64,000 nt of DNA from Amoeboaphelidium protococcarum X5 (Eukaryota > Fungi > Aphelidiomycota). The notes below the pieces were generated by a model. It saw only the letters and a list, made by a program, of their open reading frames with translations. It had not been told where the DNA came from and did not search any database. Made by a program: the position numbers and the translations under genes. The stretch is from NCBI GenBank assembly GCA_023515725.1, contig JALDTO010000098.1:1514164-1578163 (forward strand). Direction: 5' to 3'. Positions 22,228 to 34,255 of the stretch are shown piece after piece. Each line of letters starts with the position of its first letter. Position 1 is the stretch's first letter.

Positions 22228-23754
22228 ATGAGTCTGGCGTAAGCTTTATTAAGCGGTGGTGATCCTCAATCTCCAGCTATCCGTGATGTGAATGGGAATA
22301 GCTTAACTTATGGAGAGATGAAAAGGTTGGTGAATTCGAGTGTCTAAAAGATCAAGTAGTTGAGTGTCTCTTCAACAAATACCTCTCATAGAGCGACGTT
22401 GATTTTTGGCAACACTATTGATTACGTGGTATCGTTCTTGGCTTTAACTGAAGCTGGTTATGCTGTGAATCCATTGAATCCAGCGTATCGCTATAAAGAG
22501 TTGGAATTTTACATTGATGACGTTTAGCCATCAGTAGTGTTTATGGATGAACAGTCCTAATCTGACGCGATCGTCAAGTTGTGCTAATCAAAGAGTTTGC
22601 CTCTTTATACCGTTGCTTTAATGAATGGGAATCTTGTCATAAATAATGTAGTTGATTCAAGAAGTTTCTAAGTATTATCTAGAAGTGGTCGCTACTAGTT
22701 CAGTGCCGCTTTACTGTTGCACACGTCTGGGACGACATCTAGGCCTAAATGTGTTCCATTGTCACATAATAATCTGATAAGTAGCGCTTAAAATATTGCA
22801 AAAACTTATCAGCTGAATAATAAAGATGTGTCACTTGTTGTAATGCCTTTGTTTCATGTCCATGGCCTGGTCGGTGCTTTGTTTAGCACATTGATATCTG
22901 GTGGTTGTGCTGTGATGTCTATAAAGTTCCACGCGTCATCATTTTGGAAAGACTTTCTGCGCTTTAACTGCTCTTGGTACTCAGCTGTGCCTACTATTCA
23001 TTAGATACTTTTAAGGCATGAATAGGCTGGTAGGTACAAGGATGTTGGTCGATTGCGTTTCATTAGATCATGTAGTTCAGCGCTATCACCAGCTACTATG
23101 ATATAGTTGGAGCATCAATTTCGCGTTCCTGTTCTCCAGGCGTATGCCATGACTGAGTGTTCACATTAGATGACATCGAATCCATTGTTGGGGCTGAGAA
23201 AGCCAGGCTCTGTCGGAGTACCTCAAGGTGTTCAGTGTCGCATTTATGAAGGAGAAGTCGTGATCTCTGCCCCGACTGTCACGGATGGTTATTTGAATAA
23301 TGAGAAAGCTAACCGCGAATCTTTTCTCGTGCTGGACAACTAAACTTGGTTCAGAACTGGCGATTAAGGATTTATCGATGAACAGGGATATCTCTTTCTG
23401 ACGGGCAGATTGAAAGAACTAATCAATCGCGGAGGAGAGAAAATTAGTCCTCTAGAAATTGACAATGTCTTGTTATCATGTTCTGGAGTTAGCGATGCGG
23501 TTACGTTCTCTTTGAAAGATAATATTTATGGCGAGAGTGTAAACGCGGCAGTCATCTTACACCCGGCATAGAGAGATAAGATTACTACTGAAGTATTGCG
23601 ACAACATTGCTCTAATCATCTTAGTGCGTTTAAAGTTCCTCAGAAGATTTTTATAGTGGATGACTTTCCTAGAACGGCTACTGGTAAGATTTAGCGTCGT
23701 ATCGTCTCCGAGCACTTTGCAAACATTGACTTGAAGACCAAGAGTAAATTGTGA
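22228..23754 (+). CDS. PCS60: Peroxisomal acyl-CoA synthetase, oxalate-CoA ligase (PCS60/AAE3-like), PTS1 -SKL, 508 aa
   Basis: [80 protein letters not shown]; ends KSKL-TGA. Confidence 0.92.
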
Positions 23755-23882
23755 TTATGTCTCATCTTAAGCTTACCTTAATCCACTTTTCTGCAGAAGA
23801 ATCAGCTAATTTACTATATTGTTATCTATCAGAAAACTGCAGTTCATGAAAAAATTGAACTGTATCAGTTTAAAAAAATAGA

Positions 23883-23955
23883 TGATTCGTGTGAGTTTCG
23901 ATCTCACTACCTCTCGCGTGTAAAGCGAACGATCTACCGAGTGATCTAACGAACC
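23883..23955 (-). tRNA. tRNA-Val(TAC)
   Basis: 73-nt cloverleaf GGTTCGT-TA-GATC/GATC-TTCGC TT TAC AC GCGAG-GTGAG ATCGAAA CTCAC-ACGAATC-A, followed by a T-run (Pol III terminator). Confidence 0.92.
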
Positions 23956-24078
23956 ATGATTTACTGGAAAATTAATCGAGAAATAAATTATATAGTATCG
24001 CAGAACAGAAATTAATGTCAAAGCTCTATTTATCACTTGTTCAACCACCGTTGAGGTCGATTGAACATTTCACCATGA

Positions 24079-25620
24079 TCACGTTCTGCCTCTAACAATC
24101 TTGTACGAATATGTCGAGGAACTCATCACGCATAAAATAGAACATATCAAAAACATCCAGCCGCTTCCTATCGAGTTATAGATGTAACCGCCAAGAATTG
24201 AGCCAACGAACGGTCCCAGTCCGCAGTAGATTGAAGAAAATATACCTTGAGATGTGCCTTGATACTCTTTCGGTGCGAGTGCCGCGGCAGCCTAAACTGC
24301 ATTCCCATAAAAGTTGGCATACATTGCGCCGTGCAGTAATTCAATACCAAGATCTATATATGGATTCAATGTAAAGAAACTAAGTAGCGCGTACATCAAA
24401 GTTCTAAAACCAAGTATAATTTGACTGCAAATCATCACCCATTTGGATGCTTCAGCAGGCTTTACATTTTACAATCCCAGGCATTTCAAAATTAGTATTT
24501 ACACGGGACCATTGAAGAAGAAGAAGGGAGCTTCTAACAATACACGGTTCAAACTGCCAACTGCAAGTATAGTTGCACCAGCATTAAGACGCTCAACCAG
24601 CATAATGTTCAGGAAATTGTTCACCACAGACTGACAAAGACCTTGCACAAAAGCGAACGCCCAAAAGAGCACTAAATCTGAATTGCCACTTAAGATCCTG
24701 ACAGATTGAATAAATGACGCTTTGCATTGAGATGTGGTGGAAGAAGCTTGAGATTGGACGTCGTCATCTGAGATCTCACTTTCCATAGTTGCAGACTTTT
24801 CAATATCCTTATCGCTATTTTGATCAGAAGATTAGATCATTACAAGTTTGGCATTTGGCGTGTAAGTTGATTTCTACGGCAAGCATAAACCACCCACAAA
24901 GAGTACTCCAACTGAGACAGTCCAGCTTACGAAAATCGCGCTCATTCTGGGGAATATACTATACAGATATCCCATGATGAAGGCGGACAATCCGTATGTG
25001 ATACTTCCAACCCAGCGCTGCTTGCCATATAATTTCTTTTGCTCCTTCTCATCCATATCACCACATCTTTGTTTCAGCGTTGTGAGGACACTCATATCGA
25101 TCAAAGGAGCAATTGCACACCATGGAATCGCGTACGATAAAGTAACAGCTACTGTTAGAAGGAAGGACGAGGATAGAAAGTCTTCAGCACCACCCATATC
25201 AAGCGTTGGTCTTAACAGCAAGAACATCATTGTGGCTACTGCAGAGGCCACAGAGCATAGGACCATCATACTTCTGTGCCAGTTGTACTTATCAGCAATA
25301 AACATAAACTGGGGTGCTATTAGAAAAGAAACGATGGGTGGCAGCGATGTCAATATGCCTATTTGAAGCGGTGAGAACAACATAATCTGATCATAGAACA
25401 GCGAGAGGTATGTCATACTACCATATCCAAAAAATAACGCGCCTATTTGCAACTTCAAATCTATGTGTTTTATCATAACTTTTTTGAACTCGGTCTTTGA
25501 CAGAATCTGAATCTGAATGAGAGTAAAAATAGACTTTAAATACTCCAGACTGCATGGCTTGCGTATCCTGGCAAGTATCGTGATAAAGACTGATCCTTGT
25601 TGCTATGAGTTGAGCACCAT
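24079..25620 (-). CDS. MFS transporter (MFSD6/MFS_1-like), paralog 1
   Basis: Multiple TM helices; YGKQRWVGSITYG, LEAPFFFFNG, GLGPFVGSILGG. Confidence 0.85.
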
Positions 25621-25709
25621 ATTGTGAGTAGAAGTACTGTAGGCTGAATCAAAAGGCCAAACTTAAACATACAAATTAAATAACAGACTTTAAGTATAAT
25701 TATGCAAAA

Positions 25710-27119
25710 TCAAACTCTATTTCTAATCACATTTAACGCGTAAGTTGTTGCAGTAACGAAACACAACAATGAACACAGTAAGAACATCCAACCGCTACCA
25801 AATTGATTATAAATGTAGCCACCGAGAATTGATCCAACGAAAGGACCTAATCCGCTGTAAATAGCAGAGAATATTCCTTATGAAGTTCCTTGATACTATT
25901 TAGGGGCCAATGAAGCAGCAGCCTAAACGGCACTTCCGTAAAAAGTAGCGTACATCACACCATGGAGAAGTTCAATCGCGAGATCAATGTACGGACTCAG
26001 CGTAAAGAAGCTCAACAACGCGTACATTAGAGTTCTAAAACAGAGTATCATCATGCTCAGAATCATGACCCATTTAGATGCCTCGGCAGCGTTGACATTT
26101 TACAATCCTAAGCATTTCAGTATCAGCACCTGTACCGCGCCATTAAAGAAAAAGAATGGAGCCTCGAGTATAACACGATTAAGACTGCCAAATGCCAATA
26201 TTGTATCAGAGGCATTTAAACGCTACACCAGCATAATGTTCAAAAAATTGTTCACCACAGACTGACCCAGACCTTACACAAGAGCAAATGCCCAGAACAG
26301 TACCATTTCAGAATTTTCACTCAATGCTCTGACCGATTGTAAGAAAGTTGGCTTTATTTCAGGTGTTGATAGCTCAATATCTAGCGGTAAATCTCCTTCA
26401 TCTACAGGTTTCATGATAAGCGCAGACTTTTCGACATCTACGGCATCATTATTGTTCAACTTTTACAATGCGAGTTAATCAGCTTTTGAGTTGGTCTAAT
26501 ATACGTACTCGTTTAAATCCGGGATATAAAGTGTGGCAACAAACACGCCGCCGACCAGCACAGTCCAGCCTATAAACGTGACACTCATTCTCGGTAATAT
26601 GTTGTATATATATCCCATGATGAACGCCGATAAGCCGTACATGATACTTCCCACCCATCTTTACTTACCATACAACTGCTTCTGGTCTTTCTCGTCCATC
26701 TTCCCTGATCTCTGTTTCAACTTTCCCAGCACCATTGTGTCCATCAGAGGGGATATTGCGCAGAGGGGAATCGCGTAAAATAGAGACACAGCCACTGTGA
26801 GCAGATACGGTGTGGATATCAGCAATTAACCATAATTTATATTAGGATCGTCTCGAAGTAGGAGATACATCATTGCTGCGACAGACGACACTACAGCACA
26901 GCAAATAAGCATCCTCCTGTGCCAGCCGTACTTGTCAGCGATGAACATGAACTGAGGCGCGACGAGAAACGACACCACAGGCGAGAGAGAGGTGAGCATC
27001 CCAATCTGGACCGGAGTAAACTTCATCACTTGATCGTAAAACAGCGCCAGATAAGCCATACTTCCATAGCCAAAGAAGAGCACCGCGATTTACACCTTCA
27101 AGTCCCAATGTTTCACCAT
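25710..27119 (-). CDS. MFS transporter (MFSD6/MFS_1-like), paralog 2, tandem duplicate; 5' end uncertain
   Basis: Collinear similarity to paralog 1 (LFFGYGSM, APQFMFIADKY, YGKQRWVGS, EAPFFFFNG). The frame stays open upstream of ATG 27119 until a TGA at 27212-27210. Confidence 0.85.
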
Positions 27120-27473
27120 TATTTTTTACTTATCAGCTGCTGGTTGAAGGGTAGAAATAGACTTTATCACGGCAGGTCTGGTTGTTTCAGCATCGTTAAA
27201 AATAGCCTCTCATCAAGCCATCTAGTTCCTTTCTATAATTTGATGTTAGATTGCTAAAATCAGCAGGAATTTTGATCGGCTGAATTTATAGTACCTTGTA
27301 ATTAAGTAAATTATGAATGTGAGCTCTCTCGCGCAATACCGTCGATGATCCAGTTTCAACCGGATAATTTAACATTATTGGCCAGATCATCGTTGATACG
27401 ATGCGTCCAACACGCTTCAATTGAATCAGTCGTCTATTCACTCCTGTAAGATATAATCAACTCGAAGAAGACC

Positions 27474-28250
27474 ATGGGTGTAAAGGGAGTTCATCGTCAA
27501 TTAAGAAGGCTGAACATCTTTAGCAGTCAAAGAGCAGTTGATATATAAAGAATGTGTAAAATTTCCGCCTCAGCTTTAGGATAACAGTTCAAGATTATGG
27601 TCGACTTCAATGGTACATTCTGTCGTCATCTGCGCAGGATTTACAATCGCAGCAAGAATCCCCTCGAGGCTAGCATCCGTCTCGTAAAGACAGTGCTTCC
27701 TCTTAATTAAATGGTGATGGTTTAAGGTGAGGCTAGGCCTTTAAAAGACATTGTCACATTGGTGTTTGAAGGAGAGCAGACTTGCGAGAAATCTCAGACT
27801 TCTCTCAAACGCGTCAATGCAAGACTGAAACAAATTCTGAAACTTCGTAATTGTTTGGAAAATCTGCCGGTTGATAAGAAAGTGAGTAAAGCAAAGTGGT
27901 GCATGATTGGAAAGCTTGAGCGCTCTACTTGGCATTTTAAGGCTGATGACGCGTCAAATCTACATTAAGAGCTGATTAAAGCGGGCTATAATGTTGAAGT
28001 TGCGTGTGGAGAGGCAGATGTTCACATTGCCAAGTGTAAAGATCCAGTCGTCGCAGTAAGCTTTGATTCTGATCTGTTCATGCATAAGAATGTCTTAGTA
28101 GCTGCGAAGCCTAAATTTGACAGCGGATTAATGAAATTTTTTGTGCTGGAGAGGAAAGTGGTCTGTGATAAATTGAATCTAACTAATTCTGCCTGGGTTG
28201 CGCTCGCAGTAGTATTAGGTAACGATTACTCTGACAATGTAAAAGGGGTG
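27474..28250 (+). mobile_element. FEN1/XPG-like PIN nuclease domain, truncated after the H3TH start; likely N-terminus of a TE-encoded PIN-RuvC protein
   Basis: MGVKG, IMVDFNG, LVFEG...EK, GEADVHIA, SFDSDLF, VLGNDYSDNVKG. The sequence switches to a different protein at ~28250. Confidence 0.8.
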
Positions 28251-28853
28251 AACAATGACTTGACCATAACATGCTCTTGCGGTTTGCCTGTTACCGGTGG
28301 ATTTCCTTGAAGGCACTACTGGTGCTGGTTTCTGGAAGATGCAGACGCGTTTATCAGCCCTTTGGCCTTAGTAAATCCAAGATGGATGGTTAGATTGCCG
28401 AGCAAGTACAAAGTTTATAACGCGTAACTTTGCAAGATCCCAGAGGACAGTAGTCTTCGCGACCCTAATGACAATATGTACCAGCAGATGCGGATGACTT
28501 GTATTTCTTCAGTTAGGCCACCGCCATGTGAAAACAATGAAAAGTAGGATAGGAAGAATTCAAGATGTGAAATGAAGCGGCTGATGTCAACGCTGGCTGA
28601 ATCAACAAGGTACGGCGATTTTGAGTAATCCTAGTAAGCTTTGAACTCCATGTAGCAGTAGGTGGATGAAGCTAAAAAGAAGGCTTAGTAGAACGAGAGA
28701 GAGTCACAGAATTAAGAGAATCAGGCTAATGGTGGGCACACGCTTATGCTCCCGAACTTTTAAACAGTCAGAAGAGGAAGATCTCGCAATAATAACAGAT
28801 ACAAGTCCGAATACGAGAAGGCGAAGACAAGATCAAAGAAGAATATGTAATGA
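28250..28853 (+). mobile_element. 3' fragment of a MULE/FAR1-type transposase (SWIM zinc finger), in frame with the PIN fragment, with an internal TGA
   Basis: TCSCGLPVTGGFP*RHYW...LVNPRW matches SWIM CxC-xn-CxH plus the downstream RW motif. TGA 28308-28310 sits at the third Cys position; the frame continues to TGA 28851-28853. Confidence 0.65.
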
Positions 28854-28883
28854 GTACAGAGTAAATATCATATATACTTGATT

Positions 28884-28957
28884 CGGGCTGAATACGCGGG
28901 CCAAATACTGCTTTGCAATGCTGTTTCACCGGGGCCATATAGTGCGGGCCAAATACT
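28884..28957. repeat. Short direct repeats (gcgggccaaatact x2 plus 2 degenerate copies), probable DNA-transposon subterminal repeats
   Basis: Exact copies at 28896-28909 and 28944-28957, variants at 28884 and 28930, just downstream of the SWIM fragment. Confidence 0.6.
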
Positions 28958-29062
28958 TTATTCCAAACTTCAAACTAAAACTAGAAAGGTGAACAATCTT
29001 TAGCACAAATTTAATCGTCATAAAAGATAAATGCAATTTCATTGGCAAATAGTGTACTTTAT

Positions 29063-30331
29063 TCAACAAGGTCTTTTATCAAGATCAATAAATAACTGTT
29101 CCAAGGCGCGAACTTCGTCGTCCGGCATAATACGAACACGCGTATACACAGGTTCTTTATCATTAAATCCTGAAACGAATTGAGGCTAAATTAACTAGAG
29201 CTTTTAAGAACGAGCTACTATCTGATCGTCTTCGCCATCCCTCTTTCTCTTATTGCCTATTTGCTTACCAGTAGAGATCCCAGTGGATTGAAACTCATAC
29301 GACTTCAACGGCGTCTTCGTCTATGAGAGGTCATCTTCCATTGAGACGTCGCGATCATCATCACCGCAAGCTAGCAAACAAATAGATATTACCGATAATA
29401 TCACACTAGTCATCTACTGAATGCAGTAAGAATGAGCCACCATTTCCCTAGAGTAAGGTTTTCTGTTGTCAGCAGAGTCGCTGCTCCCAAACGGCCAGGT
29501 GTGTATAGCTTCACGGGCATCATTCTCCACGAATACTTTAAAAGCTTGCTAAGAATAGAGAAAAGTTGGGCATCCAGCCCGATACATCGTCGAAATCATC
29601 TGGATGCCACGTGAGCCATGATGCCATGGTTTATCTGTAGGAAATGCCGATGCTTTCTTACATTCAGTTGCCAACAAAGCATTTCCAGACAAACTTCTGA
29701 ACACAGTGTCAGATCTACCGCGAATGTCATAATGTGATCGAGCCAAGATACCGCCAACAATAAATGGATTTTAGTTATAAGAGCACGTTGTGATATCGAG
29801 AAACATACTGATCCCAGAAACTAAATTATTAAAAGCGTCTTGAACACTATTCTCACTAGAAGCTTCATCTAAAGTAACAAACAGTCGATAAAGTCGTAAA
29901 ACTCTAGGATTACCCATTACTTTCTAATTTACAATATCAAGCCAATTTGATGGAGCACCAACGATAGCGGCCAACGCGTCAAGAGAGTCTATAGGCTGCA
30001 GGCTTCTGTAAATAAAAGGATTCAAAACCAGGTGCATCATTTAAGAGGCAGTAGGCTTTTTTACAATCTAAATAGCACCAAGCGTAGCATTAGGTGACTC
30101 AACGAACTGCCACACACCAGCTTCTTCATCAAGATACACGCGATTAGCTTGCAGCTTCGCACTCATTAATTAGTTTAAATTTTCCTCCACATTGATTTCC
30201 TCCGGTAATTCGAGTGACTCTTCAGAGACCTAGGATTCAACATCGCTTTCACTAAAGTAGCTATCAATATCAGAGTTGACTTGGATGTTTATGATCTCTT
30301 ATTCACTTTTAAACTTAGGACCATGAAGCAT
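29063..30331 (-). CDS. PD-(D/E)xK restriction-endonuclease-fold protein (Crinkler/CR-REase-like), 422 aa
   Basis: Uninterrupted frame under TAR=Q. Motif SSENSVQ...RGRSDTVF...LLATECKK. Paralogous fragment at 39.7-40.4 kb. Confidence 0.65.
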
Positions 30332-30689
30332 CTTGTTAGTGTATATACAGAGGTTATAAAATCTGTGAAAAAGAAATGAAATGTTCAAGTACAGTGGAAT
30401 CTTAGTTTCAATCTCATTGGTCGAATTGGAAGGGACGGACCTTTTAAGCCCCTCGTTTTAACACAGAAATTCAGTTCATGTGAATCGTTCTGTTTCAAGA
30501 TTGGCTACAAATTATCGATGGTTTCATTTTAGTATCATTATATATTGTTATGCCGTTTTTTGTGCTATTTATGAAAGCATCCTGTAGTATTATCTCTTTA
30601 AAAACAACTAATTGCTATTTCAGATAACGGTATAAGTTGAGAATTTTTTTCACCGTAACGAACATGTAAATTCAGTTTTCTAATTAAAT

Positions 30690-32305
30690 TCAACCCTTCT
30701 CAAAAATGTTGTACGCGTTATTGTAATCCAACTTCCGTCTGCGAGCCTCACGACGCTTAAAATCCGAGAAATGATGCTTATTACCTTTCAGGCGCCCGCA
30801 ATACAACCACGAATGTTCTGGAAAACTAAATTGCATGGGTGGATCTGAATAATAAAACATTGTCCACAATTTACTTGCAAGAGACGGACCAAGACGTCGA
30901 AACTACGACTTGGTTGGATCAAGAGATCGTTCCAAAATCAATTCTCCCAAAACTTGTTCAGCTTGCCGCGCAGATTTCATTCGACTCAGTGCACGTCTAA
31001 ATTAATTGATGGTTGGATAATGATTGATTATAGCTTGTACAATCGGAGGAGTGACCATGTGTTCTTGCAACAGCATCTTCATCCAAGTATCAGACAAATC
31101 CTTGCCAGAGCCGCCAATGTCATCTGCGCAAATATTCTGATCAACTGCAAATGTTTTCACTATCACGTCAGGCCCACATGCAATCTCTCTAGTCAATGTG
31201 AGAGTACCCACTCGCTGATATTCTCTCCTTTAAAGACATTTATGACGCGAACATCTTGTGACACTACAAGCATTAATAAAGCATTTTCAATTTCAAATTT
31301 CTTGACATTTATTCCATTCGTTAATTAAACTTTATTTCCAGTCTTTATTGCTCTTTATAATTTAGACTACCAATTTACACGAAGAATATGCAGACTTGAT
31401 ATTTTGCACTGTTGAAACAAGTTGACCAGACGCGATTAATTGGGCGAGTGCAGAACCATCAAGTAAATGTGCAACAAATGGTTCATTATGAATAAATGGT
31501 TAAGTAATAGGGATAAACATTCAATTCTATTGATCCCAGACGCGCGTAGAATGTCTGTGCCAAGTAATAGTTCTGATGAATTGATTCTGAGAGACATTTA
31601 CTTTGACACCAGCAGATTCCATTTGCAATCGTATCTCTTCCAACTTGTCCAATTATATTCTAGAATCAAGATCAATATCATTTCTTACACATTTTTATTC
31701 TTATCAAATGTGATTGCTTTTGCCTTCTAAAGAGCCTTCTCCTTTTCTTTTTATTATTTGAGTAAAAGTTTCTCTTCTTGCTTCTTTTACTTTTCCAAAT
31801 CTTTTAATCTCTTTTATTCAGCTTTTTGTAAAGACTTTTCAGTGTTGGATTTGGTAGACTTTTTAGTTTCAGATTCATTCACAGACACTTGAGATTGCCA
31901 TGGGAACGTACTTTATGTGACTTGATCTATTTGTTGACTTTATTGATATATAAATGAATTTGGACTTGGCTGTTACGATGCAAGGTCTTAAAATGTTGGC
32001 AGATTATCATCCGAGTCATCATTCAATACTTTAAAATCATCAGAATCTAGTGGACTCTAATAAAAATCTTAAATTGGATCTTAATAGAAATTTAAATTGT
32101 CAAAATTCATTGGAACTGCATCGTCATTGTATGTGTCAATTTCAAATGCAGGATAATTATCAGATTCAACTGGAATAATGTCAGACTCTTGAGTAAGATC
32201 GAATTCTGGCTTTGAATTACTTTATTTTACAGGACTTTTATAAGGATTATCAGCATGTTCAGAATCGCTGAAGAGTGAATCTGAAATATTAATGTCGTTT
32301 CACAT
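30690..32305 (-). pseudogene. EME1: EME1/MMS4-like crossover junction endonuclease subunit, disrupted
   Basis: Lys/Glu-rich coil, ITWHR...WD...FIP, SGKDLSDTWMKML...AIINHYPT, RRLGPSLASKL. Frameshifts near 31676, ~31295 and ~31205; the 5' ATG is immediately followed by TGA. Confidence 0.75.
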
Positions 32306-32902
32306 TTTGAGTGGTGATCATGTCGAGAAATTGGATATCAATAAGCCAAATTCACCTTATATGTCCTGGTTGAAATGTCTCTCTGGTTGGATGAGTGAAC
32401 GCGATGTTGATTTTGGTTATTGGGTGTTAAATGGGCACTACTACGTAAGGGAAGATAAGCTAGATTTTGCAGAGTAGTGGGGTCTGTTGAATAGCCCTCC
32501 TGACGCACTCCGCAACACTGAACTAGTTCGTGTGTTACAATAGTTGATGCAGATCAAAGATGGTCCTGGTCACAACAACGTAACTTGTTTAAGCGTGAAT
32601 AGGACATTTATGTTTGTATATTGATTTAATATTGCAATAAGTTTATGCTTGTTTTCTCCTTAAACATCCACAATCATGTGGGATTTATACTTCTGATATT
32701 TCGTGAACGTATTTTCACGAAATTTATTTACGAAACGCGCCTCAATGATGTTGTCTAATATGAGTGCCTATAGAAGCACTTCAGGTTATGCTCTTAGTAA
32801 GACACAATCAACGCTGCAATAATGAGAGGAGAGGACGAAGTATCGTTTCATTCTATTCTTTCAACACGAAACAACGCTCGATTTCAGTTTACAACACTCT
32901 AT

Positions 32903-33604
32903 ATGGCTGAAAATATACCCATACGATTTACCTCTGATATTCCTGCACTGAACATTGATGGAGTAGATGCTGCCAATCCTATAATGGAGGGAGATATTGT
33001 TTAAATTCAGAACGCCGTTGATGCCTCCAACGATGTAAAAGCCGTGAAACTCAAGAGTCACATGAGAGAAGTTGATGAAAACGCGGTCATTCAGTCAAAG
33101 GTTCGAGCTCATTTGGTTGAGCATGAAGTTGCAAGAATTCTATATCCTGCTGTGAATCCCAATGTTGCAAGAGCTCCTGAGTGGGCTGTATCTTTACTGT
33201 AATTACCTCGTCAAATGCAATATGCCCAAGTACAGCTAAATGCTGTGTAGCAACAGCTAAATGTTGTCCAACGAGACGTTCAAGTTTCTGAAACGAATCT
33301 GAAACGTTAAATCGGCGAAGTGATCATTTCTCAGAAACAGCTGACGAATAGTACGCGCGGCGATGGAGCACTAGTTGCGTTTGTCGAAGTTCCAAAAGTG
33401 GATGCACCTAATGGTAACGAGTTAGTAGTCCCATCTCAACGCAATCTCCGTGCAATTAGCAGCAAGGCTATGGTTAATGCTTTAAATCGCGATGCCGTTA
33501 TCGCATACTTAAGATTTTATGGAATAGCCGTGCCGATTCAGGGCACTGTTATCTAATTTAAGAGAACGCTGCTGTCTCATGTTGGTAGTTCTGTCTCATT
33601 CTGA
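32903..33604 (+). CDS. Mug135-like (DUF1773) coiled-coil protein, 233 aa
   Basis: APEWA, Gln-rich coiled coil, NSTRGDG...FVEVP, AYLRFYGI...LLSHVG. Confidence 0.6.
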
Positions 33605-33676
33605 AGATCCTCTGATAGCCCCTATCACTCTCTCGCTCGAAGTATCGACTTATGATCTCTTCTAACAAAATTCAAC

Positions 33677-34255
33677 TCAAAATATCGTCTTTCTAGTTGA
33701 CTTTTTATAAATGAAATTGATATACGAGATGCATTACTTGAGCTCTATACTAAAATTTTGAATCACTGTCTCTGCCTCGCCGCGCAATTGCTCATTGTCG
33801 CGGTTTTCAGTAGCCAAATATTTGAGCAACGGGTGGGCCATTGCATTCCACTCACTGCGGTCTCCCTAGTGCTCGTGGCAATACCTCGCCAGTGCCACAG
33901 GATCAGAGCCGCACAGTTCCTCCAATTCCTCCAATGCCGTCTGAATATTTAGTGGCAAGCGACCCTTGTGCTCATCCAATTCTTTGAGCAGCAAGGACAT
34001 GTTGGAAGTCTTGGTAAAATTGACTGTTTACCAAGACTCCTGGCCCGGCTGGCGCTCGACCAACACCGGATCCTTGTACAAACCGCCAACTCTGCGGCAG
34101 AACATTTATCCAAACGCGCTTAATAGATCACGAATTTGGATCTTTCCTAACTGGACTTGCAGATCCGAGACTGTAGCCTTTAAATCACTAATTTCTTCTC
34201 GTTAGTCCTGGACAATATTCTCTAATCGCTTTAATCTATTCTCAATATCAGACAT
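33677..34255 (-). pseudogene. 3'-truncated copy of the coiled-coil hypothetical gene at 42561-43229
   Basis: Same N-terminus (MSDIENRLKRLENIVQDQ...); C-terminus replaced at the repeat boundary 33753. Confidence 0.6.

Noticed and set aside
28884-28957. CRISPR-like array
   Set aside because: Only two exact 14-bp copies with irregular spacing, in a eukaryotic context.
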